A DNA stretch of 36,991 nt from Chthoniobacter flavus (GTDB lineage: Bacteria; Verrucomicrobiota; Verrucomicrobiia; Chthoniobacterales; CAKUMP01): NCBI GenBank assembly GCA_020718605.1, contig DYRR01000002.1, positions 13,357-50,347 of the forward strand, written 5' to 3'. The position numbers were made by a program, and so were the translations under genes. Position 1 is the stretch's first letter, and each line of letters starts with the position of its first letter. Positions 16,628 through 25,996 of the stretch are shown one piece after another. Below the pieces are notes generated by a model. That model did no database searches. It was not told the origin of the DNA and saw only the letters and a list, made by a program, of their open reading frames with translations.

Positions 16628-17761
16628 TCAGATTTCGTGGCCTCCACCGGCCCATTGACGGAGAAAATCCGCCAGTTCCCGCTGCATCGCACTGCGGGCG
16701 TTGCGCACAAAGAAACCAGAGACCGCACATCCCAGCGCCAGACAATCGGACGGATCGCAGCCGAGGGCGAGTCCGAGACTTATTCCCGCGTTGAAGCGGT
16801 CGCCCGCGCCGGTGCTTTTTTTCGGATTGGGGCAATAAGGCCCCGGCTGCATGCAAGGGTCGTCCGCATCCGCAGAGACCGCGAACGGTATGCGATGAAT
16901 GATGACCCGGGTGATTTCCAGGCGCGTCCGCAATGCCCCGGCCTGAGCCAGGGTTTCCTCCGGGGTGGCCTCGGCCGGAACAGGTGCGAGTCCCAACAAC
17001 CTGCAAAGAATGTTGGCCTCGTTTCCGTTCAGTCCCAGATTCACGGGGCCAACCGGTTCAAAGTTCCGCAGGATATCCGTCATTTCCAGAATGTCGGATG
17101 CCGAACGGCTCGATGGATCCACCAGATCGATCAGAAAATGGGGACGCTGGCGGAGCTTCGCAAACACCTCGTGCTGCAGCAAACGCCAGACTCCGGTCAT
17201 GTGCGGGTAAAGAGTCCAGTCGGTAAGGGCGATCACGCGGGCATCCGCGCAGGCAGTCTGATACACCCCCCCTTCGAGAAAGCTGCGGACCCGCTCTGGA
17301 GTAAATTCGGCCAACTGTTTCACCGCGCTGAACATGAGTTTGCCGTCATTGAATTCAAATGCCAGCGTGCGCCCCGGCTCACGGCCCCAGGAGTGGAATC
17401 CATGGCATTTTGCGGCGGTCTCCTGGAACGCCGCATGCACCGGATCCCCGAGTGTCGCAAAACAATCAACCTGTGCACCGAGGCTTGCCAGCCCGTCGGC
17501 CAGATTCACCGCACACCCGCCGGGATGCACATCGTTGACGACAATCTCGCGCAGGCTGCTGTGCCCGGCCGCAGACAACACCAGTTGGCCGAAGGTGGCG
17601 ATGTCGGGCACCGGGGTAAAGTCCTCCAGCGACCGGCGCTCGCCCACCAGGGAGATCATCTCATCGACAAATCCGTCGAACCCGGTGACCACCCGGCAGT
17701 CTCCTGTCACCGCCCTATCAACCCGTTGTGCAAGCACCGCAAGATCTGTCGCAGATTTCAT
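16628..17761 (-). CDS. PfkB/ribokinase-superfamily sugar kinase
   Basis: 377 aa. The N-terminal region reads VTGFDGFVDE. The C-terminal anion-hole motif is TGAGDRFNAGISLGLALG. The start forms an ATGA overlap with the upstream gene stop. Confidence 0.8.
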   Translation of the reverse strand: MKSATDLAVLAQRVDRAVTGDCRVVTGFDGFVDEMISLVGERRSLEDFTPVPDIATFGQLVLSAAGHSSLREIVVNDVHPGGCAVNLADGLASLGAQVDCFATLGDPVHAAFQETAAKCHGFHSWGREPGRTLAFEFNDGKLMFSAVKQLAEFTPERVRSFLEGGVYQTACADARVIALTDWTLYPHMTGVWRLLQHEVFAKLRQRPHFLIDLVDPSSRSASDILEMTDILRNFEPVGPVNLGLNGNEANILCRLLGLAPVPAEATPEETLAQAGALRTRLEITRVIIHRIPFAVSADADDPCMQPGPYCPNPKKSTGAGDRFNAGISLGLALGCDPSDCLALGCAVSGFFVRNARSAMQRELADFLRQWAGGGHEI

Positions 17762-18529
17762 AATTTGTCACTGAGCAGATGAATCACCGCAGGTTCGTCC
17801 TCCTCGACATCCGGGAACCGGCCGATATCGGGGTTCACAAATAAATTGTCATTGCTATCGTCGTTGGCGGTCGAAACCTCGCCAATGATGCAATCCACCC
17901 CTTCCGGCCAGAAAGCGTGATAAATGCCCGGGGTGAGCGTGATACGCTCGCCAGCCTGGAGGCGGACCACCTCCCCACTGCGACAGGCGCGGGGTCCGCC
18001 GTTGACCTGCACGGTGAATTCCTCTCCGCGCCGGGTCTTGTCGGGGTGTCCGGCCCACAGTTCCAGCGCCAGCACGCCGTGACGACAGATGATGTCCTCC
18101 TTTTTTCGTGCATGAGTGTGCAGCGGGGTCGTCTGGCCCCGTCCGCGCATACATGAGCTTCTCGCAGTATTCCTTTAGATGGGCCAGATCGACCCGGGAG
18201 AACACCTGCTTGCCGGTGGCGGAGACAAGATGAACGCCATCGGCACCGGGGCGGATGTTACGAACCGGGCCAAAGACACCGAAGGGGGCGCAGAAAAAAT
18301 CTCCGTGGAGCACCCGCAATATCACCGGCAGCCCCGGGGGAAGCGTTTCGCAGGCCCAGGGGGCCACGCTCAAAGGAGCGACTTTTTTTCGTCCCAAATC
18401 GAAAACGACAGGGCCGAGATGCCCCCCCAGACGCGTGACCGCCAAGCTGACACGGTCGGAGGCAAGCTGGAAAGAAGGCTGGCCTGCAACATCGGCCAGT
18501 CGCGATTGCTTCCCGGATTTTCCTTTCAT
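17758..18529 (-). pseudogene. D-lyxose/D-mannose isomerase-like cupin, interrupted by a 1-nt frameshift
   Basis: Two track ORFs (17855..18529 and 17758..18150) are the two halves of one gene. The upstream frame ends ...LKEYCEKLMYA. The downstream frame continues QTTPLHTHARKKEDII...GIYHAFW...GEVSTANDDSNDN. The span is 772 nt, which is 3n+1. The frames switch within 18133-18150, at a GGGG run (CCCC at 18137-18140 on the plus strand). Confidence 0.7.
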
Positions 18530-19569
18530 CGGTAGCTCATCCGGTTGGTGGTGAGTTGCAGATCCTGCTGGAGCGGGCGCAGCGGCTTCACGCCGGATGC
18601 CTGGAGCACACCGTGATAGGCTTTCACCGCCTCCACAGGGGCGATGTCACCATCCACCACGCGGCGCAGGAATTCGATAAAAGCCAGCGGACTTTCCGAG
18701 AGATTGATCTTGCGCCCGAACAGGGCGACGCGGGCACCATGTTTCCGCGCGTCATGGATCAGTTGGAACGCATCAAGCGTGGTGCCCGAACTCCCTCCAA
18801 GAATCCCGACCACCAGTTTCGAATCATAGGAAACAAGCTCCTCCAGGGGCCCGGGGCCGTTGTAGGGGATCTTGAGGAAAACCGGCCGGCCCGCCGACGT
18901 CACACCCGCCAGCGTGCGGATGATGTGATCGTTGAGAAACCCGGCGACTTTTTTGTCGGGGATGCCCGGATTGACATTTGGATTGAAGACCTCAAGGAAA
19001 TGGCGGAACCCCTTGCGCTCGGCTTCGATGCGGAAATCCTGATAATCCACCAGCGCCTTGTAGTCCCAGTCGATGTGGTTGGTGAAGGTGATGGAATACA
19101 GCCCGAGATCGGCGCCGGCAAAGGGAACGCTGTGGTTGTCGGTGAGATGCCCGTATTTGATGTGGTCGATGGTGGCCGTGCGGAACGAACGCGAGGGGTG
19201 TTCGGTCGGGTATTTTCCGCCACGCACCGCCCATACATCGGAGGTGTCATTGGCCCGTGCCGCCGGAGTGATGGCCGAACTCTCGAACAGCCGCTCATGG
19301 ATTGCGAGACGTTCGAGATTGGAAGCCGACAGCAGCACGATATCGACAATATCCTGGGTGATGACCCCGCGGATCTGGGCAAGATAATCGCCCAGAGTTT
19401 TCCAACAACCTTCCGATTCATTGTAGCCGTGCCGGCACGATCCGGTCTGCGGTCCCGGCGCGGTGATGCCAAACGCCATGTCGGCGTCCTTGGCATCCGC
19501 AATGATGAAATCCCTCGGATGCATGGATCCGGACAGCAGATTGGCGAGTTTTTGGTCGAGTCGTTTCAT
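18526..19569 (-). CDS. TIM-barrel class I aldolase-like protein (DeoC/FbaB/LacD superfamily-like; family uncertain)
   Basis: Start set at ATG 19569 (MKRLDQ...), which gives an ATGA overlap with the deoR stop. The motif order ADLGLYSITF, FLKIPYNG, GILGGSSGTT and GARVALFGRKIN resembles class I aldolases (K in a beta-strand, GG, GRN-like). This assignment rests on pattern recall only. Confidence 0.45.
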   Translation of the reverse strand: MKRLDQKLANLLSGSMHPRDFIIADAKDADMAFGITAPGPQTGSCRHGYNESEGCWKTLGDYLAQIRGVITQDIVDIVLLSASNLERLAIHERLFESSAITPAARANDTSDVWAVRGGKYPTEHPSRSFRTATIDHIKYGHLTDNHSVPFAGADLGLYSITFTNHIDWDYKALVDYQDFRIEAERKGFRHFLEVFNPNVNPGIPDKKVAGFLNDHIIRTLAGVTSAGRPVFLKIPYNGPGPLEELVSYDSKLVVGILGGSSGTTLDAFQLIHDARKHGARVALFGRKINLSESPLAFIEFLRRVVDGDIAPVEAVKAYHGVLQASGVKPLRPLQQDLQLTTNRMSYR

Positions 19570-20324
19570 GGCAGGATGCATTCAATTGAGCCGCCACGGA
19601 ACGCGGCGGGTGGTTTTTTATCGGTGAAAATAAATGCGAATTCGTTCCAGTCCGCGAATCGGATGGCGGCATTCTGACCCCACTTGGTGGCGTCGGCCAG
19701 CAGGAAGGAACGTCCGGCACGGCGGATCCATTCCCGCTTGATTGCGGATTCCAGAAGTTCGGTGGTCATGGCTCCCTCCACGGGATGCAGGCCGGAGGCG
19801 CCGATCAATGCGATATCCGCCCGCAGCCGGGTGAGGGCATCCAGCGCGAGCGCCCCGACCAGCGCACCGCTCACCGCACGGCGTTCCCCGCCCAACACCA
19901 ACAGTTTGGCCTCAAACCGCTCATGCCCCGCGATCAGGGGCAGCGAATTGGTGATGATCGTCAGATCCGTGCGCTGACGCAGCAGCAATCCAGCCTCAAG
20001 ACAGGTCGTTCCTCCATCGATGAAAACCGAGACACCCTTGGGAATCCGTGCCGCCACACCCGCCGCGATCGCGCGTTTTGCCTTGATCGCGCTGGCGGCT
20101 TTCTGGCGCAGACTGGCCTCCGCAGTTTCTCCGGGAAGCAGGACCCCGCCATGCACGCGCAACACCCGGTCGGTCCTGTCAAGATGATCGAGATCGCGGC
20201 GCATCGTGGCAATGGAAACGCCCAACTGCTCCGCCAGAACCCGGGCATCCAAACACCGGTGCCTGCGGAGCAGGCCAAGAATTTTGGTGTGGCGCGCTTG
20301 AGCGAACATGAGCGCATTATTCAA
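19566..20324 (-). CDS. DeoR-family transcriptional repressor
   Basis: 252 aa. It has an N-terminal HTH (ILGLLRRHRCLDARVLAEQLGVSIATMRRDLDHL) and a C-terminal DeoR sugar-phosphate sensor region (ALIGASGL). Confidence 0.9.
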   Translation of the reverse strand: MNNALMFAQARHTKILGLLRRHRCLDARVLAEQLGVSIATMRRDLDHLDRTDRVLRVHGGVLLPGETAEASLRQKAASAIKAKRAIAAGVAARIPKGVSVFIDGGTTCLEAGLLLRQRTDLTIITNSLPLIAGHERFEAKLLVLGGERRAVSGALVGALALDALTRLRADIALIGASGLHPVEGAMTTELLESAIKREWIRRAGRSFLLADATKWGQNAAIRFADWNEFAFIFTDKKPPAAFRGGSIECILP

Positions 20325-20419
20325 AAACGATCACAAACACGCAACCAAAATTTTTCGCGCCGCGTCAAACGCCCCGGCTGGGCAAGGAGGGCTCCGGTCC
20401 TGATCCCCGGGGAGAAGAA

Positions 20420-20493
20420 TCGGGCCGACTGGATTCGAACCAGCGACCTCTTGAACCCCATTCAAGCGCACTACCAAGCTGTGCTACGGCCCG
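20420..20493 (-). tRNA. tRNA-Pro (anticodon GGG)
   Basis: The minus strand reads CGGGCCG TA GCAC AGCTTGGTA GTGC G CTTGA ATGGGGT TCAAG AGGTC GCTGG TTCGAAT CCAGT CGGCCCG A. This gives a 7-bp acceptor stem and a full cloverleaf. The anticodon loop is A-T-GGG-G-T. CCA is not encoded. Confidence 0.93.
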
Positions 20494-20653
20494 TCTTCTT
20501 CCTGATTCGCAAGCCGGAACGAAGCTCCGGATGAATTCAGGAACGGGACTCTCGCTTTTGGAGCCGCGCAAGGCAAGCAGATTGTTTTTCATTTTTTTGT
20601 TTACCCATGCCGGAATCGCTGGCCAAGGTGATGTCCAACCTTATCAACACACC

Positions 20654-21670
20654 ATGATTATTGTCCTGCGTCCCCACGCCACTCCCGAGCAGATCGAAGA
20701 AGTCATCAAAGAGGTCGGCATTCTCGGCTATGAACCCCGGCCCATCCACGGCGCGCATCAGACCGTGATTGCGGCCATTGGCGACGAAACCACGCACCAC
20801 ACGCTGGAGTCGCTCAATGTCCTGCCACAGGTCGAGGGGGTGTTGCGCGTCCAAAAGCGTTTCAAACTCGTGAGCCGTGAGTCGCACCCGGAGGATTCGG
20901 TGATCGATGTGGACGGGGTGAAAATCGGCGGCAGCCAGTTCGTGGCAATGGCCGGCCCCTGTTCGGTGGAAAGCGAGGAGCAACTGCTTTCGACCGCCCG
21001 TGCGGTGAAAGCCGCAGGGGCGTCCATCCTGCGCGGCGGAGCCTACAAACCGCGCACGTCCCCTTATGAATTCCAAGGGCTCGGGCGCGAGGGTTTGCGT
21101 CTGCTGGATCTCGCACGGCGGGAGACGGGGCTGAAAATCATCACCGAAGTCCTCAGCGAACGCGATGTGGAGCATGTGGCCGCCGCGACGGACATACTCC
21201 AGATCGGCGCCCGCAACGCGCAGAATTTCCGGCTCCTCACCGAGGCGGCCCGCACCGGCAAGGCGATCCTGCTCAAGCGCGGCATGAGCGAGCGCATCGA
21301 GGAATGGCTGCTTGCCGCCGAATACATTCTCGCCGAAGGCAACAGCAATGTGCTTTTCTGCGAACGCGGCATCCGCACGTTTGAAACCTATACCCGCAAC
21401 ACGCTGGACCTCTCTGCGGTGGCCATCGCAAAAAAGGAATCGCATCTGCCCGTGATCGTCGATCCCAGCCAGGGATGTGGACGCGCGGATCTTGTGTGCG
21501 CCCTGTGCCGCGGCGCGGTGGCCATGGGGGCGGATGGCATCATAGTGGAAGTGCATCCCAACCCCGCCGAGGCGATGAGCGACGGCCAGCAGCAGGTGGA
21601 TTTTGCGGGATTCGATGCGCTGATGCGGGATTTGGATCCTCTGCTTGCCGCCGTGGGCCGCACGAGGTGA
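20654..21670 (+). CDS. 3-deoxy-7-phosphoheptulonate (DAHP) synthase, type I-beta with an N-terminal ferredoxin-like regulatory domain
   Basis: Start set at ATG 20654 (MIIVLRPHATPEQIEEVIKEV...). Motifs: AGPCSVES, LRGGAYKPRTSPY.FQG, IGARNAQNF, LKRG, and VDPSQG. Confidence 0.9.
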   Translation: MIIVLRPHATPEQIEEVIKEVGILGYEPRPIHGAHQTVIAAIGDETTHHTLESLNVLPQVEGVLRVQKRFKLVSRESHPEDSVIDVDGVKIGGSQFVAMAGPCSVESEEQLLSTARAVKAAGASILRGGAYKPRTSPYEFQGLGREGLRLLDLARRETGLKIITEVLSERDVEHVAAATDILQIGARNAQNFRLLTEAARTGKAILLKRGMSERIEEWLLAAEYILAEGNSNVLFCERGIRTFETYTRNTLDLSAVAIAKKESHLPVIVDPSQGCGRADLVCALCRGAVAMGADGIIVEVHPNPAEAMSDGQQQVDFAGFDALMRDLDPLLAAVGRTR

Positions 21671-21707
21671 CTTCCCCCCGAACGCGGCGCCTCCTCCCGG
21701 CGGAAAA

Positions 21708-21749
21708 CCGCCATACCGATTATTTGGTCCGATCGGACCGGTATGGCGG
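21708..21749. terminator. Long hairpin between the convergent DAHP synthase and hrpB genes
   Basis: An 11-bp stem (ccgccataccg 21708-21718 with cggtatggcgg 21739-21749) has an inner palindrome ggtccgatcggacc. On the minus strand it is followed by TTTTCC, so it favours termination of hrpB. Confidence 0.5.
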
Positions 21750-21784
21750 ACTCAAATCCCCCAGCGGCTGGAGGGCGTGACGGC

Positions 21785-24334
21785 TCAACCCAGGGGATTC
21801 TCGCGCCAGTCGTGCTTCGGGTACCTGCGCTGGAGTTGCGGCCGGATCTCCGGATACGTCTCGCTCCAGAACCGACCCAGTGAAACGGTCACCTGCACCG
21901 GGCGCCGGTTGGGAGCGAGGACATGAATGAGCGCACGATCGCGGCCGGAAGCGAGGACGAATCCGTCTTTCACACCAAACAACTCCTGAATGCGGGCCGC
22001 CAGCACGGGCGGTCCTTCGGCCGCGTAAACAAGACGGGCGTGTTGGCCGCCAGGCAGCTTCATTTTCTCCGGGGCATTCCTCTCCACAAAATCCCTCTGC
22101 GCATCCGTGAGCCATCCGCGCACGACCGGCCACACCGCTCGATCCCGGATTTCCCGCGCTGAAGTCGCCCCGTGGCAGATGTGTTCCATCAGGTCCAGGC
22201 GTTCCTCCATGCCGATGAGCGGGAGTTGCATCTCGGGAAAGTGGCGGGCCACATAGGCCAGGCGAAGTATCCATTGCTCCACCGCGTCGTCCCAGTGTTC
22301 CAGCGGCAGACGTCCGGCGGCGACTTCCGCAGCCAGGGCGCGGGCTGCGGCATCGGCGCCCGGTTCGCCGGCTTTGCCCTCCTCCAACACCAGGTCCCGG
22401 AAACGAACCGTGCGGCGACTGATGACCCGCTTGGCCGTCGGATCGAATGCCGTGACCTCATTCTCCGAAAAATCCCCGGCGAACATCTCCCGCAGCCAAT
22501 CCGGCTCGATGGCGGTCGCCTGCGATATGAGCACTTCGGCATCCCGCCCGCCTCCACCCGTCTCGCGAATTTCCGTGCCGACAAACAAAGCCCGATCCCG
22601 CACGGCACTTTCCCGCACCAGCGTCGCGCGCCGGCCATGCACCAGGGCGCAGCGAAGGGTCCCCCCATCGAGCCGCCGGGCCACCTGGTCGGAAAAACCC
22701 GCCAGGATGCAACGCGCCACGGCTTCCGGGGAGGCGGCCTGTTCGGAGACATTCAGCCCGGCATCGGCAGCGAGACGCAGAAACTGATCCAGCACCGGCC
22801 CAACTTGTCTGGCGGACTGGGCGTGAATGCCCAGGGGACGGCAGGCATCGGGGTGAAATTTCCGGTTGACCGCAAAGCGCCAGGCGCGCGAGAGCAGAAA
22901 AAAATCGGAGAACTCCTCTTCCCCGAACAACTCCTTCCGGCGCTGGTCCATGGCGCGACCGGTGCTGCGCAACAGGACCGGGCGTCCCTGTGTAAGAGCG
23001 GCGATGAGCGCCACCGCACGCACGCATCCGTGTTCTCCGGCGGCCAGAAACATGCGGGCGTGGCGTGGATGCACGGGAAAGGCGAGCATCCTCCGCCCGA
23101 GTTTTGTAAGGCCGCCCCCGGCGGATTCCAGTGCGCCGAGATCCGCAAGCAGCGTCTCGGCGCGTTCGATGGCGCGCGGGGCGGGCGCTTCCACCCATGG
23201 AAACTCGAGCAGATTGCCCGCACCCCACGCCCTCAGGCTGAGAACGGTCTCGCAGAGGTCGAGACGCCGGATCTCCGGCAATTCACGCGCCGCGCGCTCC
23301 GTATGATCGCGGGCGGTCCACAGCCGCAGACAATAGCCGGGCGCGGTCCGCCCGGCGCGTCCCGCCCGTTGATCCGAAGAGGCCCGGCTTATTTTTTCCA
23401 CCATCAGCGTGTTGATCCCGCGCACGGGATCGAACCTCGGGATGCGCGCCTGACCGGAATCAATGACCGTGCGCACCCCGTCGATCGTGAGGGAGGTCTC
23501 GGCGACATTGGTGGAAACAATCACCTTGCGCCTGTCGCACGGCGCGAACACGGCGTCCTGCTCGGCGGACTGCATTTCTCCATGCAAGGGCATCGCGACA
23601 AACTGCCGGGCGCAATTGCCTTCCTGAATCGCACGGATGGTGCGGTGAATCTCTCGGCTGCCGGGCATGAACACCAGCACATCGCCGCTCGTGTTCGGCG
23701 CGATGGTTTCGAGCGCCCTCGCTGCGGTCTCCCAAACCGGTTCATGCTCGGGATCGGGCGTGCGGTCCAGATGCGCAATCTCCACGGGAAACGTCCGACC
23801 CGCAGAGGATAGGACTTCGCAGGGGGCGAGATACTCGGCCACAGCCGCCGCATCGATCGTGGCGGACATCACCACGAGTTTGAACCCCGGGCGCTGTTCT
23901 GCAATCCGGCGCGCCATGGCAAGGCCGAGATCCGTCTGGATGTGGCGTTCGTGGAATTCGTCAAAAATCAACGCCCCCACCCCCGGCAGATCCGGACGTT
24001 CGATCATTTGGCGCAGCAGAACTCCTTCTGTCACGAAACGGATGCGCGTGGCATCGGAGATCACGCGTTCGAACCGCATCTGGTATCCGACCTCACCGCC
24101 GAGCGCGGAGTGACGCTCCGAAGCAACCCGGGCTGCGAGCAGGCGTGTGGGCAGGCGGCGCGGCTGGAGCACCACGATTCCGCCCCGCACCAGTCCGCGA
24201 TCCAGGAGGATCTGCGGAATCTGCGTGCTCTTTCCGGAACCCGTGGGCGCCTGGACGACCAGGCGGTCTCCCGCGCGCAACGCGGATTCGATGGCTCCGG
24301 CGATTTCGTAAACCGGAAGATCGCGCGGATTCAC
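21785..24334 (-). CDS. hrpB: ATP-dependent DEAH-box helicase HrpB
   Basis: 849 aa with a GTG start. Motifs: APTGSGKSTQIP, DEFHER, SAT, TNVAETSLTI, and QRAGRAGR, followed by a long HA2/HrpB C-terminal region. Confidence 0.92.
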   Translation of the reverse strand: MNPRDLPVYEIAGAIESALRAGDRLVVQAPTGSGKSTQIPQILLDRGLVRGGIVVLQPRRLPTRLLAARVASERHSALGGEVGYQMRFERVISDATRIRFVTEGVLLRQMIERPDLPGVGALIFDEFHERHIQTDLGLAMARRIAEQRPGFKLVVMSATIDAAAVAEYLAPCEVLSSAGRTFPVEIAHLDRTPDPEHEPVWETAARALETIAPNTSGDVLVFMPGSREIHRTIRAIQEGNCARQFVAMPLHGEMQSAEQDAVFAPCDRRKVIVSTNVAETSLTIDGVRTVIDSGQARIPRFDPVRGINTLMVEKISRASSDQRAGRAGRTAPGYCLRLWTARDHTERAARELPEIRRLDLCETVLSLRAWGAGNLLEFPWVEAPAPRAIERAETLLADLGALESAGGGLTKLGRRMLAFPVHPRHARMFLAAGEHGCVRAVALIAALTQGRPVLLRSTGRAMDQRRKELFGEEEFSDFFLLSRAWRFAVNRKFHPDACRPLGIHAQSARQVGPVLDQFLRLAADAGLNVSEQAASPEAVARCILAGFSDQVARRLDGGTLRCALVHGRRATLVRESAVRDRALFVGTEIRETGGGGRDAEVLISQATAIEPDWLREMFAGDFSENEVTAFDPTAKRVISRRTVRFRDLVLEEGKAGEPGADAAARALAAEVAAGRLPLEHWDDAVEQWILRLAYVARHFPEMQLPLIGMEERLDLMEHICHGATSAREIRDRAVWPVVRGWLTDAQRDFVERNAPEKMKLPGGQHARLVYAAEGPPVLAARIQELFGVKDGFVLASGRDRALIHVLAPNRRPVQVTVSLGRFWSETYPEIRPQLQRRYPKHDWRENPLG

Positions 24335-25107
24335 CGGGCGGCTTCCGCCTCATCGACAAGCCGCAGCGCCTCCATGAGAAGCGATTCCCAATGATTGTTG
24401 ATGGTGCGTTCGACGGCATGGAACGGCAGGTCCTCCACACTGCCGCCCTTCCAGGACACAATGGAATTGAAAGCGTTCACGCCAGCTTCGATCCCGGACT
24501 CGGCATGCACAATTTCGCCGAGCTTGAAATAAATAGTTCCCTCGCGCTCTCCTTCGGCGGTGAACCGCAGTGCGCAGGTGCTTTTTCCAATGGACTTGAG
24601 TTGGATCAAATCCGTGGGCGTGAGACTGGTGAGCGTCCCCGCGAAACTTTCGAACTCCGGCTTGGCGTCGGGCTCCGGCGGACGGGAAAGAAATTCCTTC
24701 ACCAGATCGCGCAGCACGGTGATATCAAAAGGTTTCCGCAATACATACGGCGTCCCGAAGCGCTCCGAAAAATTCTCGTCCACGATGAGCGGGGTGCCGG
24801 TGATGACGATCGTGTCGGCGCCGCGATGGTCGTCCCGCACCTGCCGGTAGAAATCCAGGCCGGTGCCATCGGGCAGTTCCACATCCAGAATAAACACCCG
24901 CACCGGGTACCGGCCCGCAAGCTGGAGAGCCTCCTTCACCGAGGCTGCGCGGAGCAGTGGAAAATCGCCCGCGACAGAGGCCAGAGCGCCACACACCAGA
25001 CTTTGGATCCGTACATCGTCATCGACGACCAGTATGACCGGCGAACCGGGGGACGGCGGTCCGCTGGACGCATTATTGAAACGTATGTTGCGCTTGATCT
25101 GTGACAT
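24331..25107 (-). CDS. Response regulator: receiver domain fused to a DUF4388-like C-terminal domain
   Basis: 258 aa. Receiver motifs are ILVVDDD, FILDVELPDGTG, and LRKPF. The C-terminus reads FAGTLTSLTPTDLIQLKSIGKSTCALRF...GTIYFKLGEIVHAE...GVNAFNSIVSWKGGS, the DUF4388 pattern. Its stop overlaps the hrpB GTG start (GTGA). Confidence 0.8.
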   Translation of the reverse strand: MSQIKRNIRFNNASSGPPSPGSPVILVVDDDVRIQSLVCGALASVAGDFPLLRAASVKEALQLAGRYPVRVFILDVELPDGTGLDFYRQVRDDHRGADTIVITGTPLIVDENFSERFGTPYVLRKPFDITVLRDLVKEFLSRPPEPDAKPEFESFAGTLTSLTPTDLIQLKSIGKSTCALRFTAEGEREGTIYFKLGEIVHAESGIEAGVNAFNSIVSWKGGSVEDLPFHAVERTINNHWESLLMEALRLVDEAEAAR

Positions 25108-25182
25108 GAACTGGCCGCAAGGATACCAGCCCCCCGGAAAATGTCAACGTGACCCTTGCCCCGCCAGCCCCAGTCAACCACC

Positions 25183-25968
25183 CTATCCGATGTCGCAGCG
25201 CGGACTGGATTCTCGCCTTGCCGCAGTGAGAATCTCCAGTGTCTCGCAACCCGCCCGCGCGGCGTGATCCCGCACAGTTTGGACGGCAAGTTCGGGTCGG
25301 TTGCAGTCGCTGCTCAGGTGCCCCAGAATCACACGGCGCAGCCCGCCGTCGAGAATCCCGCAAATCACCTCCGCCGCACCCTTGTTGGAAAGATGACCAT
25401 GCCGGGAGAGAATTCTCTGCTTCACCGCCCAGGGACGCCGGGTATCCTCCTGGAGCAGTTTTTCATCGTGATTGGTCTCGATAAGCAGCGTGTGCACCTC
25501 GCGGATGCGCTCCTTCACCAGCTTGGTGGCGAACCCAAGATCGGTGAGCACTCCAAAAGCCCCGCCGTCCCCATGGATCACAAACCCCACGGGATCGGCC
25601 GCATCATGGGGCACGGAAAAACTCCTCACCCCGAGGCCGCCAATCGAAAAATCGGATCCCGTCTGGAAAATCCGCCAGTTGCGATGGCTCTTGAGCGGCC
25701 CGTTGCGCAGCACGTCCGCCGTGAGCGAATTGCAATAAATGGGGAGATCCAGCTTTTTGCAAAGCACAGGAAGACCCTGGAAATGATCGAGATGCTCGTG
25801 CGTGAGCAACACCCCGTCCAGTGTGCCCGCATCGACACCGCACTCCGCAGTCCGCAACGCGAGCTGTCTCGCGCTCAAGCCCGCATCCACCAACAACCGG
25901 GTGCCGCCACAGACCACCAGCGCCGCGTTGCCCGAGCTGCCACTGCCCAATACCGTGATGCTGATCAT
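25183..25968 (-). CDS. MBL-fold metallo-hydrolase (YycJ/PhnP-like)
   Basis: Start set at ATG 25968 (MISITVLGSGSSGNA...). The motif THEHLDH, and later SRHGHLSN are present. The upstream 209 codons of the track ORF overlap the neighbouring gene. Confidence 0.85.
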   Translation of the reverse strand: MISITVLGSGSSGNAALVVCGGTRLLVDAGLSARQLALRTAECGVDAGTLDGVLLTHEHLDHFQGLPVLCKKLDLPIYCNSLTADVLRNGPLKSHRNWRIFQTGSDFSIGGLGVRSFSVPHDAADPVGFVIHGDGGAFGVLTDLGFATKLVKERIREVHTLLIETNHDEKLLQEDTRRPWAVKQRILSRHGHLSNKGAAEVICGILDGGLRRVILGHLSSDCNRPELAVQTVRDHAARAGCETLEILTAARRESSPRCDIG

Positions 25969-25996
25969 GCGAACGACCGGAAGAAAAAACCCGGAT

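Noticed and set aside
17855-18529. Treating 17855..18529 (224 aa) and 17758..18150 (130 aa) as two independent overlapping genes
   Set aside because: The C-terminal 95 aa of the first ORF is junk read out of frame over the cupin domain. The two good segments join into one lyxose-isomerase-like protein after a 1-nt correction.
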